A program made the translations under genes and the position numbers. A stretch of DNA of 64,000 nucleotides from Gemmatimonadota bacterium (GTDB lineage: Bacteria; Gemmatimonadota; Gemmatimonadetes; Longimicrobiales; Gaopeijiaceae): contig JBDHHQ010000001.1 of NCBI GenBank assembly GCA_039589315.1, positions 103,995-167,994 of the forward strand, in the 5' to 3' direction. The notes beneath the pieces were generated by a model, which was given only the letters and a program-made list of their open reading frames with translations, ran no database searches and was not told the DNA's origin. The first letter of the stretch is position 1. Every line of letters starts with the position of its first letter. Of the stretch, positions 1 to 10,858 are shown one piece after another.

Positions 1-98
1 CGGACCCCGGGCCGGATAACGAGCAGTCGGCGGCGGAACGGATGCGACCCGTTCCCCTCGCTCCCACGTCCGACAGCACCGGTGGCGGCGCGCTGTGA
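1..98 (+). CDS. 3' end of a truncated gene, probably rod shape-determining protein MreC
   Basis: TGA at 96-98 overlaps the GTG start of mreD; identity inferred only from the usual mreC-mreD-mrdA-rodA order. Confidence 0.45.
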   Translation, partial: DPGPDNEQSAAERMRPVPLAPTSDSTGGGAL

Positions 99-571
99 GG
101 ATCGACTGGAAGGTATGGGGTACGGTAACCTTTCTGGTCCTCCTGCATTTCGGACTGCACACGGGCTTCGGGTTGGGTGCCGTAGCGCCGGATCTGTTGA
201 GCGTGGCGTTGCTCGTGGTGGCGCGGGAGGTGGGCACGGGAACCGGGGCCGGCATCGGCTTCGGCTTCGGCCTTTTGGAAGACGCGTTCTCTGCGCTGGC
301 CTTCGGTGCCAATGCCGTCGCCATGACCGTGGTGGGTGCGCTGGGAACTCGGACGCGGGATCTGTTCGTGGGCGATTCGATCTACTTCCTCCCTTCCTAC
401 TTCTTCGCCGGGAAGTGGCTGAAAGACCTCGTCTACTGGATGGCCGCCGGTGATGCCGTGCGTGGCCCCTTCGTCCAGGAGATCCTGGTGGAGTCGCCCG
501 TGGCCGCCGTGTATGCGGCCGTCGTAGGCACCGTGGTGGCCACTGTGACGGGAGCCGGTTGGAGAACCTGA
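95..571 (+). CDS. mreD: Rod shape-determining protein MreD
   Basis: 158 aa hydrophobic protein with PDLL...GLLED motif, upstream of PBP2. Confidence 0.85.
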   Translation: MRIDWKVWGTVTFLVLLHFGLHTGFGLGAVAPDLLSVALLVVAREVGTGTGAGIGFGFGLLEDAFSALAFGANAVAMTVVGALGTRTRDLFVGDSIYFLPSYFFAGKWLKDLVYWMAAGDAVRGPFVQEILVESPVAAVYAAVVGTVVATVTGAGWRT

Positions 572-2409
572 TGCACACGACACATCCACATGCCATGCGC
601 CGGCGCGCCCGCGGTGCGACCATCATCATCGGAGCGGTGATCGGAGCATTGGTCGCGACCTTCTTCCGGGCCCAGATACTGCGGTCCGACACGTGGAGCC
701 TCCGCTCGGAGTCCAACCGACTCCGGCCCCTTCCGGTGCCGGCCGCTCGGGGGACCATCTTCGACCGACACGGTGAGGTCCTGGCCGACAACATCCCGGG
801 ATACGCGGTTTCCGTGCTGCCGGCATCCCGAGACTCGGTGCGCGCCGTGCTGGAGCGGCTTCGTCCGCTCCTCGGCCTCTCGGACCAGGGGATCGAGGGC
901 CTCATGCTCCGCCGGAGCCAGGACCCGCGCCGTCCGCTCCTCGTAGACTCCGACGCCAGCTTCGACGAGGTCGCGGCCCTGGAGGAGCGCCGCGAGCAGA
1001 ATCCGACCGTCTTCCTCGAGATGCGGCCCAAACGGCGCTACGTGGCTGGGGCAGCGGCGGCCCACGTCCTGGGCTACGTCGGCGAGATCACCGCCGAGGA
1101 GCTGGAGCGGCCCCGATTCGAAACGTACGAGCAGCGCATGGTCGTGGGGAAAGAAGGCGTCGAGCGACAGTACGAAGCGGACCTTCAGGGGCGGCAGGGT
1201 GTGCGGTACGTCGAGGTGGACGCCCTGGGCCGCATCGTCGGGTCGTTCGAGGGGCGACGGGGTGACCCGGCGGTGCCCGGTGACGACGTTGTCCTCAACC
1301 TGGATCTGGATCTCACCCGTGAGATCGACCGAATCTTCCCCGATTCCATGCGTGGGGCAGTCGTCGCCCTCGACGTGGCCGATGGCGGGGTACTGGCGCT
1401 GTACTCGGCTCCCAACTACGACCCCAACGAGTTCGTCGGAGGCATCGAGGTGGGGCTCTGGAACGAGCTGAACACGGATCCGGCGAGGCCGCTGTACAAC
1501 CGGCCGGTGCTGGGCCGCTACGCGCCTGCCTCGACGTGGAAGCTGGCCACCGCTGCCATCGCCCTGGAGTTGGGCGTGGTGGAGGCCACCGAGCACATGC
1601 CCATTCCCTGCACCGGAGGCATGCGGTGGGGGAACCGATACTGGCGCTGCTGGAAGCCCGAGGGGCACGGATCCCTGAGCCTGGTGGACGCCCTGCGCGA
1701 CTCGTGCGACGTGTACTTCTACCAGATGGGCGTCCGGGTGGGGTTGGACCGGTTGCTGGAGCACGGGACCCGCATCGGCTTCTCGAGCACCTGCGGGGTG
1801 GACCTGCCCCTCGAGCGCGAGGGGATCTTCCCGGCCGACCGGAGCTTCTGGGAGCGGCGCTTCGGGTACACGCCGACCGAAGGTGAGGTCCTGAGCCTGG
1901 CCATCGGCCAGGGTCCGAACTCCCAGACACCCCTGAAGGTGGCCCAGTTCTACTTGGCCATCGCCCGGGACGGAACGGCGCCCGCGCCGTCCATCGTTCA
2001 GAATCCCGCGGAGCCGGCGCCCGGTTGGAGCCTGGACCTGTCCGCCGAGAACCTGGAGTGGCTTCGGGAGGGCCTCCGTCGCGTCGTGCGCCCGGGCGGC
2101 ACCGCCTACATGTCCTCCCTCGAGCACTGGGACCTGATGGGCAAGACGGGCACGGGCCAGAATCCCCAGGATCCCACCCGGGACCACGCGTGGTTCGCGG
2201 GCATGGCGGGCCCCAAGGGCGGGGGCCCGGAGATCGTGGTAGTGGCCCTCGTGGAGTTCGGTGAGAGCGGCTCGGGCACGGCGGCGCCCATCGTGGCCAA
2301 GACTGCGGACTACTGGTTACGGCGCCGGTACGGGATCCCCACGGACACGATCCAGACCCTGCGCGAGCACTACATGGCGGGTCGCCCGGCCCCCTGGGCT
2401 GGGAGGTGA
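571..2409 (+). CDS. mrdA: Penicillin-binding protein 2
   Basis: RGTIFDR, STWK (SxxK), SCD (SxN-equivalent) and KTGT motifs; TGATG coupling with mreD. Confidence 0.93.
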   Translation: MHTTHPHAMRRRARGATIIIGAVIGALVATFFRAQILRSDTWSLRSESNRLRPLPVPAARGTIFDRHGEVLADNIPGYAVSVLPASRDSVRAVLERLRPLLGLSDQGIEGLMLRRSQDPRRPLLVDSDASFDEVAALEERREQNPTVFLEMRPKRRYVAGAAAAHVLGYVGEITAEELERPRFETYEQRMVVGKEGVERQYEADLQGRQGVRYVEVDALGRIVGSFEGRRGDPAVPGDDVVLNLDLDLTREIDRIFPDSMRGAVVALDVADGGVLALYSAPNYDPNEFVGGIEVGLWNELNTDPARPLYNRPVLGRYAPASTWKLATAAIALELGVVEATEHMPIPCTGGMRWGNRYWRCWKPEGHGSLSLVDALRDSCDVYFYQMGVRVGLDRLLEHGTRIGFSSTCGVDLPLEREGIFPADRSFWERRFGYTPTEGEVLSLAIGQGPNSQTPLKVAQFYLAIARDGTAPAPSIVQNPAEPAPGWSLDLSAENLEWLREGLRRVVRPGGTAYMSSLEHWDLMGKTGTGQNPQDPTRDHAWFAGMAGPKGGGPEIVVVALVEFGESGSGTAAPIVAKTADYWLRRRYGIPTDTIQTLREHYMAGRPAPWAGR

Positions 2410-2452
2410 TGGGCAACGTCGGCGGGCTCCCGCCTCTCGGCCGGAGCCGTCC

Positions 2453-3688
2453 ATGAGGACGCTGTTCGTTCGGTGGGCGCGGGACCCGAAGCTGGTTCTC
2501 GCCCTGCTGGGTCTGTCGCTGTTCGGCATCGCCATGATCTACTCGGCGGGCGTGCTCAACGTCCCCAGCCCCGTGACTCGCGGGGCCTGGCTTCGTCAGA
2601 GCGTGTGGCTCGTCCTGGCGTTGATTGCCTTCACCCTGGTGAGCCGGATTCCTCTGCGCTGGTTCGAATGGGCCGCGTACCCGGCGTTCGTCATGGCGGT
2701 CGTCGTGTTGGGCGCCACCCTCGTGATCGGGACGGGTGGTGGGACGGCGGCTGGGGTGAAGAGCTGGATCAGCTTCGGCGGGTTCCGCTTCCAGCCCGCC
2801 GAGGTCGCGAAGGTCGCGACGATCCTGGCCCTTGCTCAACTGCTGTCCTCCCAGGAGGGGCCGCCGGCGTCCCTGCGGGAGCTGCTGGCGCCTGCGACCC
2901 TCGTGGCGGTGCCGTTGGGCCTCGTGATCCTGCAGCCCGACCTCGGAACGGCGCTGGCCTTCGTGGGCATTCTGTTCAGCGTGCTGTACTGGGCCGGGAC
3001 CCCCCTCCCCATGCTGCTGCTGCTCGCGAGCCCCGGGCTGGGGCTCATTCTGAGCTTCGATACACGCGTGTGGTCGGCCTACACCATCCTCCTGGTCATC
3101 GCCCTCTATCTGTACCGCTATCGCCTGTACCTGGTGGAATCGGTGGCCGTGATCCTCGCCAACCTGGCCGCGGGCACCATCGCCCAGCCGTTGTGGAACT
3201 CCCTGGCCGAGTACCAGCGGAATCGCCTGCTGGTCTTCCTCGATCCCAGCGTGGATCCACGGGGCGCGGGATGGCACCTGATCCAGTCCAAGGTGGCGAT
3301 CGGGAGCGGGGGGCTGGTGGGGAAGGGCTTCACCCTGGGCACCCAGAAACGGCTGGACTTCCTGCCCGAGCAGCACACCGATTTCATCTTCAGCGTCATC
3401 GGCGAAGAGTTGGGGTTCTTGGGGACGACGGCCGCGCTCGTGGCCTTCGCATACGTGCTGCACCGATTGGTGCGCATGGCGGAGGCCTCGGCCGATCCCT
3501 TTGCGGGCCTGGTGATCTTCGGTATTTTCGGGGCCTGGATCGTCCACATCTTCGTCAACGTCGGCATGACCGTGGGCCTCGTGCCGGTCACCGGGATCCC
3601 CCTCCCGTTCGTGAGCTACGGGGGATCGTTCTTGCTGATGTCGTGGGTCGCGGCGGCGATCGCCGTCCGGGTGGCCTACGAGGACTGA
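2453..3688 (+). CDS. rodA: Rod shape-determining protein RodA (SEDS family)
   Basis: QPAEVAK, QPDLGT, FLPEQHTDFIF and LPFVSYGGS motifs. Confidence 0.93.
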   Translation: MRTLFVRWARDPKLVLALLGLSLFGIAMIYSAGVLNVPSPVTRGAWLRQSVWLVLALIAFTLVSRIPLRWFEWAAYPAFVMAVVVLGATLVIGTGGGTAAGVKSWISFGGFRFQPAEVAKVATILALAQLLSSQEGPPASLRELLAPATLVAVPLGLVILQPDLGTALAFVGILFSVLYWAGTPLPMLLLLASPGLGLILSFDTRVWSAYTILLVIALYLYRYRLYLVESVAVILANLAAGTIAQPLWNSLAEYQRNRLLVFLDPSVDPRGAGWHLIQSKVAIGSGGLVGKGFTLGTQKRLDFLPEQHTDFIFSVIGEELGFLGTTAALVAFAYVLHRLVRMAEASADPFAGLVIFGIFGAWIVHIFVNVGMTVGLVPVTGIPLPFVSYGGSFLLMSWVAAAIAVRVAYED

Positions 3689-3747
3689 CTGCCCTTGCCC
3701 TCCGGTCACCCGCCAGGTCCGGAGGCTCTCCGAAGGCGCGGTATCCA

Positions 3748-4605
3748 ATGGACTGGTTTCGAAAGAAGAAGAAGCCGCTCAAGGCGTCCGACCGGCGCGA
3801 TCTGCCACCGGACGTATTCGAGAAGTGTACGGGGTGCGGGGAGATCCTCTACCGGGAGAAGCTCGCCCAGAACCTGAACGTGTGCCCCGAGTGTGGGTTC
3901 CACTTCCGGATCTCTGCCGACGAGTACGTCGGTTTGCTCATGGACGAGGGGACCTTCGAGGAGTTCGACGCCGAGATGGAGAGCGGCGATCCGCTGGGCT
4001 TCGTGGATTCGAAGCCGTACCCTCAGCGCCTGGCCACGGCCGAGGCGAAGGTGGGCCGCAAGGAGGCCACGATATCGGGCGTGGGTGAGCTCGATGGGAT
4101 CCCCCTGTCGCTAGCAGTCATGGACTTCCGGTTCATCGGCGGTTCCATGGGCTCGGTCGTGGGCGAGAAGATCGCCCGGGCGGGGCGGCGCGCGGTCGAG
4201 CGGGGGATCCCGCTCACCGTGGTGAGCGCTACCGGCGGCGCCCGCATGCAGGAGGGGATCTACTCGCTCATGCAGATGGCCAAGACATCGGCCGTGCTCC
4301 ACCGCCTGGGCGAAGCCGCGCTTCCCTACGTCTCCATTCTCACGGATCCCACGACCGGCGGCGTCACGGCCTCCCACGCCATGCTGGGTGACGCGAACCT
4401 GGCCGAGCCCGGTGCGCTGATCGGCTTCACGGGCCCCCGCGTGATCAAGGAGACGATCCGCCAGGAGCTCCCGGATGGATTCCAGCGCTCCGAGTACCTC
4501 CTCGACCACGGCATGGTGGATCGGGTGGTCGACCGGCGAGAGATGAAGGCGGCGGTGGCCATGCTGCTCCGGCACATGTGGGCGGGTTGGCCTGAGTCGG
4601 CGTGA
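3748..4605 (+). CDS. accD: Acetyl-CoA carboxylase carboxyltransferase beta subunit
   Basis: CxxC...CxxC zinc ribbon, FIGGSMG, GGARMQEG, PTTGGV. Confidence 0.95.
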   Translation: MDWFRKKKKPLKASDRRDLPPDVFEKCTGCGEILYREKLAQNLNVCPECGFHFRISADEYVGLLMDEGTFEEFDAEMESGDPLGFVDSKPYPQRLATAEAKVGRKEATISGVGELDGIPLSLAVMDFRFIGGSMGSVVGEKIARAGRRAVERGIPLTVVSATGGARMQEGIYSLMQMAKTSAVLHRLGEAALPYVSILTDPTTGGVTASHAMLGDANLAEPGALIGFTGPRVIKETIRQELPDGFQRSEYLLDHGMVDRVVDRREMKAAVAMLLRHMWAGWPESA

Positions 4606-5945
4606 CCCGCCGATCCACCCCGCCCGACACCCACGTCCCCGGCACGCCCGGTATCGATCCGCTGCCAGGCCGCATCCTCCCTCCGCCCGCTCCGGGCGGG
4701 GATTGGACCCTGGATCGCACCCGCGACGTGCTGCGGTCCCTGGGGGATCCCCATTTGGCCGTGCCCACCCTGCACGTGGGTGGCACGAACGGGAAGGGGT
4801 CCGTGGCGGCCATCTGGTCCGGAGCCCTGTCCGCGGCCGGCCACCGCGTGGGGCTCTTCACGTCCCCCCACCTCTGCTCGTACCGGGAGCGCTTTCGACT
4901 CGACGGCCGCCCCGTGGCGGAGGCGGAGCTGGCGGCGGCGGCAGCTCGTGTCTACGACGCCGTCGAGGCCGGTGGTCTGACCTTCTTCGAGGCCTCCGCT
5001 GTCCTGGCGTTCCAGCTGTTCGCCGCACAGGGCGTCGACGCGGCCGTGGTCGAGGTGGGGTTGGGGGGCCGGCTGGACGCCACCAACGTGGTGGAACCGG
5101 TTCTCGTGGCCATCACCAACGTGGCGCTGGACCACACCGAGTACCTGGGCGAGAGCCTCCCCGAGATCGCCGTGGAGAAGGCCGGCATCATCAAGGCCGG
5201 AGTCCCCGTGGTCGTGGGCGAGGTGCACCCCGAGCTGCTGGCCGTGCTGGACGCGGCAGCCGGCCGGCAGGGCGCGCCGTTGCTCGCCGTGCCGCCTCCC
5301 TCCCGTGCGGCGCTGCGGCTCCACGGCGGACATTCCCGGCTGGCCCTGGACACCGATGCCTGGGGACGGCTCGAGCTGGAGGTGCCTCTCCCCGGGCCCC
5401 ACCAGGCCCACAACGCGGCCGTGGCCGTGCGGGGTCTCGAGCAGCTCCCCCCGGCGTTGCGGCCCGGTGGGGCGGCGGTGGTGGCGGGTGTGGCGGATGT
5501 GCGGTGGCCGGGGCGACTCCAGGTGGAGCAGCGAGACGGTCGCACGTGGATCTTCGACGTCGCTCACAACGTGGCGGCTGCCAAGGCCATGGCCGCCGGG
5601 GTGGCGGCGCTGTCGCCCCCGGGGCCCGTGGTAGCCGTCGTGGGCATTCTGGCCGACAAGGACGTGGAGGGCGTGCTGCGTGTCGTGGCCCCCCTGGTCG
5701 ACCGCATCATCCTCACCGATCCGCCGTCGGTCCCGTCCGACCGGCGCTGGGAGCCCAGCGCGGATCCTGTGCTCCTCGCATCCGATCTCGTCACGGTTTC
5801 GGCACTCGTGACCGTGGAGTCCGACTTCGGCCGGGCGCTCCACCTGGCGCGCGGCTTGACGCCGGAGGGAACCGTGCTCGTGACCGGCTCCCACCATACG
5901 GTGGGGGACGCCCTCACTGCCGAGGGGTTCCCCCCCTGCGACTGA
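4602..5945 (+). CDS. folC: Folylpolyglutamate synthase/dihydrofolate synthase
   Basis: GTNGKGS, FTSPHL, EVGLGGRLDATN, RWPGRLQ, DVAHN. Confidence 0.93.
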   Translation: MTRRSTPPDTHVPGTPGIDPLPGRILPPPAPGGDWTLDRTRDVLRSLGDPHLAVPTLHVGGTNGKGSVAAIWSGALSAAGHRVGLFTSPHLCSYRERFRLDGRPVAEAELAAAAARVYDAVEAGGLTFFEASAVLAFQLFAAQGVDAAVVEVGLGGRLDATNVVEPVLVAITNVALDHTEYLGESLPEIAVEKAGIIKAGVPVVVGEVHPELLAVLDAAAGRQGAPLLAVPPPSRAALRLHGGHSRLALDTDAWGRLELEVPLPGPHQAHNAAVAVRGLEQLPPALRPGGAAVVAGVADVRWPGRLQVEQRDGRTWIFDVAHNVAAAKAMAAGVAALSPPGPVVAVVGILADKDVEGVLRVVAPLVDRIILTDPPSVPSDRRWEPSADPVLLASDLVTVSALVTVESDFGRALHLARGLTPEGTVLVTGSHHTVGDALTAEGFPPCD

Positions 5946-6015
5946 GCCGGAAGCGCGGTGCGGATCGGTCCCTACGCGCCTGTACATTTCAGGCCCACCT
6001 GCTAGATTCGCGGCC

Positions 6016-7302
6016 ATGACGAAGGCCAAGAGCTTCACGAAGCTCCCCGGGTTCAGGGACTTCCCACCCGAGGAGCTCGCGTTTCGGTCGCATATCTTCG
6101 ATGCGTGGCGCCGGGTCTCCCGGCGTTACGGCTTTCTGGAGTATGACGGTCCCCCTCTGGAGTCGCTCGACCTCTACGTGGAGAAGAGCGGCGCGGAGAT
6201 CGTCGAACAGCTCTATACCTTCACGGACAAGGGTGGCCGGGAGGTGTCGCTCAGGCCCGAGATGACGCCGTCCCTTGCCAGGATCCTCGGTGCGCGCAGC
6301 CGCTCGCTGCCCAAGCCGATCCGCTGGTTCACCGTCCCGCAGCTCTTTCGCTACGAGCGGCAGCAGCGCGGGCGGCTTCGCGAGCACTTCCAGTGGAACG
6401 CCGACGTGGTTGGCGAGCCCGGCGTGTGGGCCGACGCAGAGGTGGTGGCTCTGGCCATCGACGCCCTCCGGGAGCTGGGTCTCGATGCCCAGGACTTCCG
6501 GGCCCGCGTCTCGGACCGCAGCCTTCTGTCGGCCATCCTGATGGAGGCCGGCGTCACCGAGGCCCAGCTGCCGGGCGCCTACGCCGCGGTGGACAAGCTC
6601 GAGCGCGAGGGACCGGAGAGGGTGGCGGGCCGGCTCACCGACCGACTGGGCCTGACGGCCGAGACCGCCGCCGCCGTGCTCGAGGTGTTCGCGTCTCGAG
6701 AGCTGGCGGGTGTCGTGGACCGATACGGCGACCGGCCCGCGGTCATGGAGCGGGTCGAGGCGCTGGGCGAGTTCGTGGCGGCTCTGAACGCCATGGGCCT
6801 GGGCGACTTCGTTGAAGTCGACCTGACGATCGTGCGTGGGCTGGCCTACTACACCGGCATCGTCTTCGAGCTGTTCGACCGCAAGGGCGAGTTTCGAGCG
6901 ATCTGCGGCGGCGGGCGCTACGACCGGCTCCTCGAGCTGGTGGGCGGCGACCCGCTTCCCGCGGTGGGCTTCGGCATGGGTGATGTCGTGCTGGGCGAGC
7001 TGCTCAGGGAGCGGGGCCTCGCGCCCGACTACGGTCGCGTCGCGGACTCGTACATCGTGGTCATCGGCGGAGAGCAGCGCACCGTGGCGCTGGAGATCGC
7101 GCACCGGCTCCGTGAAGCCGGAGAAAGCGTGCTCTACGCGCTGCGCGACGCTTCCGTGCGCAAGCAGTTCCAAGCCGCGGGCACGGAAGGCGCCCGGCGT
7201 GTGATCGTCCTGGGGCCCGACGAGGTGGCCCGGGGGCTGGCCGTCGTACGGGACATGGAGACGGGAGCCGAGCGGGAGGTGGCGCTGGAGGAGCTCGCAT
7301 GA
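6016..7302 (+). CDS. hisS: Histidine--tRNA ligase
   Basis: LRPEMT, FRYER, VRGLAYYTG, GGGRYD. Confidence 0.95.
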   Translation: MTKAKSFTKLPGFRDFPPEELAFRSHIFDAWRRVSRRYGFLEYDGPPLESLDLYVEKSGAEIVEQLYTFTDKGGREVSLRPEMTPSLARILGARSRSLPKPIRWFTVPQLFRYERQQRGRLREHFQWNADVVGEPGVWADAEVVALAIDALRELGLDAQDFRARVSDRSLLSAILMEAGVTEAQLPGAYAAVDKLEREGPERVAGRLTDRLGLTAETAAAVLEVFASRELAGVVDRYGDRPAVMERVEALGEFVAALNAMGLGDFVEVDLTIVRGLAYYTGIVFELFDRKGEFRAICGGGRYDRLLELVGGDPLPAVGFGMGDVVLGELLRERGLAPDYGRVADSYIVVIGGEQRTVALEIAHRLREAGESVLYALRDASVRKQFQAAGTEGARRVIVLGPDEVARGLAVVRDMETGAEREVALEELA

Positions 7303-7805
7303 AGGGGTGGTGTGTCCTCCTGATCCTGGCCGCGGCGTCGGGATGCGCCCAGGACGCCGGCGTAGGCGAGTCTCCCGGTGACGCGCCCTCCGGAGCGGAA
7401 GTGGCGACGGAGTCGTCGACCGAGTCTGGGAGCGGGGCCGACCCGGTGGCGGGCGAGGTGCCCGAGGTGGGGGAGGTGATCTGGCAGATCTTCGACGAGA
7501 CCCGGGAGCCGGAAGGCCCGCTCCGGACGACGCTACACGTCCTCGTGCCGCGGGACGGGAGCCGGGACGAGCTCCGCAAGGCGCTGACCGAGGCCCTGGA
7601 GCTCGCGGCCCAGAAGGACACGACCCTGGTGGCGGCCCGGGCAATCGGGTACAGAGCCGAGCAAACCGGTCCGGCCGACGCCAGGATGGTGCCGTTCGTG
7701 TGGGCCGAGTGGCTCCCCTCGGACGGCTGGTACCGGTCGACGGAGGCATCGAGGAGAACGATCCACCGGACGTACTTCTACCACAACCTCGCTCCGGAAT
7801 GGTAG
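7299..7805 (+). CDS. Hypothetical lipoprotein
   Basis: Signal peptide with lipobox-like ASGC; ATGA overlap with hisS. Confidence 0.65.
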   Translation: MKGWCVLLILAAASGCAQDAGVGESPGDAPSGAEVATESSTESGSGADPVAGEVPEVGEVIWQIFDETREPEGPLRTTLHVLVPRDGSRDELRKALTEALELAAQKDTTLVAARAIGYRAEQTGPADARMVPFVWAEWLPSDGWYRSTEASRRTIHRTYFYHNLAPEW

Positions 7806-8101
7806 AGGAGGGCCCCCACCGGGAGGCGCGGGAAACCGTGCATCGGGCGATCCGGCGGCTCAACGTGCTGGAGTACGTCATCCTGATCGTGGTGGTGCTC
7901 CTGTCCCTGGCCGGGGGAGCACTGCTGGCGTTGCTGGCCCACTCCCTGGTGGGCGTGCCGTTTCGGATCACGTGGGCGGTCGCTTCGGTCCTGATCTTCG
8001 TGATCCCGGCCGCGATCGTGTGGAGCAAAGAGGTACGGGTACCCAGGGGAGCTCCTGAAAAGGGCACAGCACTGGATCGGAAGAGCAACGAGCATGGCTG
8101 A
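7799..8101 (+). CDS. Hypothetical two-TM membrane protein
   Basis: Two hydrophobic helices; overlaps both flanking genes. Confidence 0.6.
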   Translation: MVEEGPHREARETVHRAIRRLNVLEYVILIVVVLLSLAGGALLALLAHSLVGVPFRITWAVASVLIFVIPAAIVWSKEVRVPRGAPEKGTALDRKSNEHG

Positions 8102-9554
8102 AGACAGGGGCATCACACCGCAGTCCGAGGATTTCGCGGCCTGGTACAACGACGTGGTCCTCAAGGCCGAGCTGGCGGACTACTCGCCGGTGCGCGGGTG
8201 CATGGTCATACGGCCGTGGGGATACGGCATCTGGGAGAACATGCAGAGCGCCCTCGACGGTCTCTTCAAGGAGACCGGTCACGAGAATGCCTACTTCCCG
8301 CTCCTGATCCCCATGAGCTTCATCGAGCGCGAGAAGGAGCACGTCGAGGGGTTCAAGCCCGAATTGGCCGTCGTGACCCACGCCGGGGGCAAGGAGCTGG
8401 AGGAGGCCCTCGTGATCCGTCCGACGTCGGAGACGGTCATCTACTCCATGTACAGCAAGTGGGTGCAGAGCTACCGGGATCTTCCCGTCTTGTTGAACCA
8501 GTGGGCCAACGTGATGCGGTGGGAGCTGCGGACGCGCCTCTTTCTGCGGACGTCGGAGTTCCTGTGGCAGGAGGGCCACACGGCCCACGCGACGGAAGAA
8601 GAAGCCGAGGAGGAGACCCGCCTGATCCTCGGCATCTATCGACGCTTCCAGGAGGAGTGGATCGGGATGCCGCCACTCACCGGCCTGAAGTCCGAGTCGG
8701 AGAAGTTCGCGGGCGCCGTGCGCAGCTACGCGACCGAGGCCCTGATGAAGGACAACAAAGCCCTGCAGGCGGGCACGTCCCACATGCTGGGCCAGAACTT
8801 CTCCAAGCAGTTCGGTCTCACCTTCCAGAGTGAGGAAGGGAAGGAGGAGTTCGCCTGGAACACGTCCTGGGGTGTGTCCACCCGGCTCATCGGCGGCATG
8901 ATCATGACGCACGGCGACGACGTCGGGGCCGTCGTCCCGCCCAGGCTCGCCCCCGTACAGGTGGTGATCCTCCCCATCTTCCGCGGCGACGACGAGCGGG
9001 CCCTGGTCATGGAGAAGGCCGAAGCGGTGCTTGCCCAGCTCACCGAGGCCGGCGTGCGCGCCAAGGTCGATGCCCGGGACCACCTCAGGCCCGGGGCCAA
9101 GTTCTGGGAGTGGGAGCGAAAGGGCGTGCCGTACCGGATCGAGATCGGTCCCAGGGACCTGGCCAAGGGCCAGCTGGCAGTGGCGAAACGGGTGCGGGCG
9201 GAGGGCGAGCCCCGGAAGGAGTTCCTGCCGGAGGCGGAGGTGGTCGCCGAGATACCTGCCCGCCTCGAGGCGTTGCAGCACGCGCTGCTGGCGACCGCCA
9301 AGGCGCGCCGGGAGGCCCACTCGCATCGGGGCGTGTCGTCCGTCGGCGAGCTGAACGAGATCATGGAGGCGGGGGGCGGATTCGTCTACACCGGGTGGAG
9401 TGGCGATCCGGCGGTGGAGGAGCAGGTCCAGAACGAGACGAAGGCGACGATCCGGGTCATCCCGGACCCGGAGTTCCGGTCCGAGTCCCCACCGGAGCGG
9501 TGCATCAGCGGCGCGGAGTCGAAGATGGAGGTCGCTTGGGCACGGGCCTACTGA
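8094..9554 (+). CDS. proS: Proline--tRNA ligase, archaeal/eukaryotic type
   Basis: IRPTSET, FLRTSEFLWQEGHT, QAGTSH, SWGVSTR, C-terminal ARAY; no editing insertion. Confidence 0.95.
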   Translation: MAEDRGITPQSEDFAAWYNDVVLKAELADYSPVRGCMVIRPWGYGIWENMQSALDGLFKETGHENAYFPLLIPMSFIEREKEHVEGFKPELAVVTHAGGKELEEALVIRPTSETVIYSMYSKWVQSYRDLPVLLNQWANVMRWELRTRLFLRTSEFLWQEGHTAHATEEEAEEETRLILGIYRRFQEEWIGMPPLTGLKSESEKFAGAVRSYATEALMKDNKALQAGTSHMLGQNFSKQFGLTFQSEEGKEEFAWNTSWGVSTRLIGGMIMTHGDDVGAVVPPRLAPVQVVILPIFRGDDERALVMEKAEAVLAQLTEAGVRAKVDARDHLRPGAKFWEWERKGVPYRIEIGPRDLAKGQLAVAKRVRAEGEPRKEFLPEAEVVAEIPARLEALQHALLATAKARREAHSHRGVSSVGELNEIMEAGGGFVYTGWSGDPAVEEQVQNETKATIRVIPDPEFRSESPPERCISGAESKMEVAWARAY

Positions 9555-9576
9555 GGCAACGCCCGTTGGGGGGCGC

Positions 9577-10857
9577 TTGAGCCCGACCTCCGGCCCCCGG
9601 CCCCTCCGCTGTGGCGGCCTCGAGATGGACGCCTTGGCGGCTCGGTTCGGGACGCCCCTCTTCGTCTACGACGCGGCTCTGATCGAGGAGCGCTACCAGG
9701 CCCTGATCTCGGCCTTCACGGGTGTCGACCTCCTGGTGGCCTACTCGGTCAAGGCCAACGGCAACCTCGCCATACTGGATCGCCTGGCGCGACTGGGGGC
9801 CGGGGCCGACATCGTGAGCGGCGGCGAGCTCCATCGGGCCATGCAGGCCGGCATTCCGGGTGACCGGATCGTCTTCGCCGGCGTCGGCAAGACGGTGTCC
9901 GAGCTGCGGTCGGCGGTCGCGGCGAGGATCCACGGCTTCCACGTGGAGAGCGCTGGCGAGCTCCGTGCCCTGGAGGCCGTGGCGGCGGAAATGGGGATTC
10001 CCGCCAGAGTCGGCCTCCGGGTCAACCCCGACATCGTGTCACCGGCGCATCACGGCTACACCCAGACCGGACACGCCGAGACCAAGTTCGGCATACCCGT
10101 CGACCAGGTCCTCGAGCTATACCGGTGGGCGGCGTCCAGCCCTCATATGGACATCCGGGGGATCGACGCGCACATCGGCTCGGGGATCCTGGATCCCGCC
10201 CCGTACGGACGGGTCCTGGATCTGCTGCTCGAGATCGCGGCGCAGCTCGCGAGCGAGGGCATCGAGCTCGAGTACCTGGACATGGGCGGCGGCTACGGCG
10301 TGCCCCAGGGGGACGAGGCCGGTATGCCGGTGGAGCGCCTCGCGGAGCTCGTGGTGCCCCGGGTGCGCGAGGCCGGCCTGGGCCTGGTCGTGGAGCCCGG
10401 ACGGTACATCGTCGCCGAGGCGGGGACCCTCCTCACGACGGTGCTCTATGTCAAGCGCACCGGGGAGAAGACGTTCGTGGTCACCGACGGGGGCATGACC
10501 GAGCTGATCCGCCCGAGTCTCTACGCGGGCTTTCACCGGGTAGAGCCGACCTCGGGCACTGCCAGTGGCGACGAGGAACGGGTCGACGTGGTGGGTCCGA
10601 TCTGTGAGACCGGTGACTTCCTGGCCCTCGACCGGCGCATGACGGTGCCGTCCCCCGGCGACGTCCTGGCCGTGCGCACCGCCGGCGCCTACGGCTCTTC
10701 CATGGCATCCAACTACAACTCGCGGCTCCGGCCGGCCGAGGTTCTGGTGGAGGACGGGCGAGCCCACCTGGTTCGCAGGCGGGAGACCCTGGAGGACCTC
10801 ACTCGCGGGGAGACGATTCCCCCCTCACCCGAAGACACGACCAAGAAGCAGGCCTGA
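9577..10857 (+). CDS. lysA: Diaminopimelate decarboxylase
   Basis: YSVKAN PLP lysine, [27 protein letters not shown]; start may instead be ATG 9625. Confidence 0.92.
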   Translation: MSPTSGPRPLRCGGLEMDALAARFGTPLFVYDAALIEERYQALISAFTGVDLLVAYSVKANGNLAILDRLARLGAGADIVSGGELHRAMQAGIPGDRIVFAGVGKTVSELRSAVAARIHGFHVESAGELRALEAVAAEMGIPARVGLRVNPDIVSPAHHGYTQTGHAETKFGIPVDQVLELYRWAASSPHMDIRGIDAHIGSGILDPAPYGRVLDLLLEIAAQLASEGIELEYLDMGGGYGVPQGDEAGMPVERLAELVVPRVREAGLGLVVEPGRYIVAEAGTLLTTVLYVKRTGEKTFVVTDGGMTELIRPSLYAGFHRVEPTSGTASGDEERVDVVGPICETGDFLALDRRMTVPSPGDVLAVRTAGAYGSSMASNYNSRLRPAEVLVEDGRAHLVRRRETLEDLTRGETIPPSPEDTTKKQA

Positions 10858-10858
10858 C

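Noticed and set aside
3705..3735. GCCAGGTCCGGA resembling SRP RNA domain IV
   Set aside because: The following AGGAAGCAGC is absent and the intergenic gap is only ~60 bp
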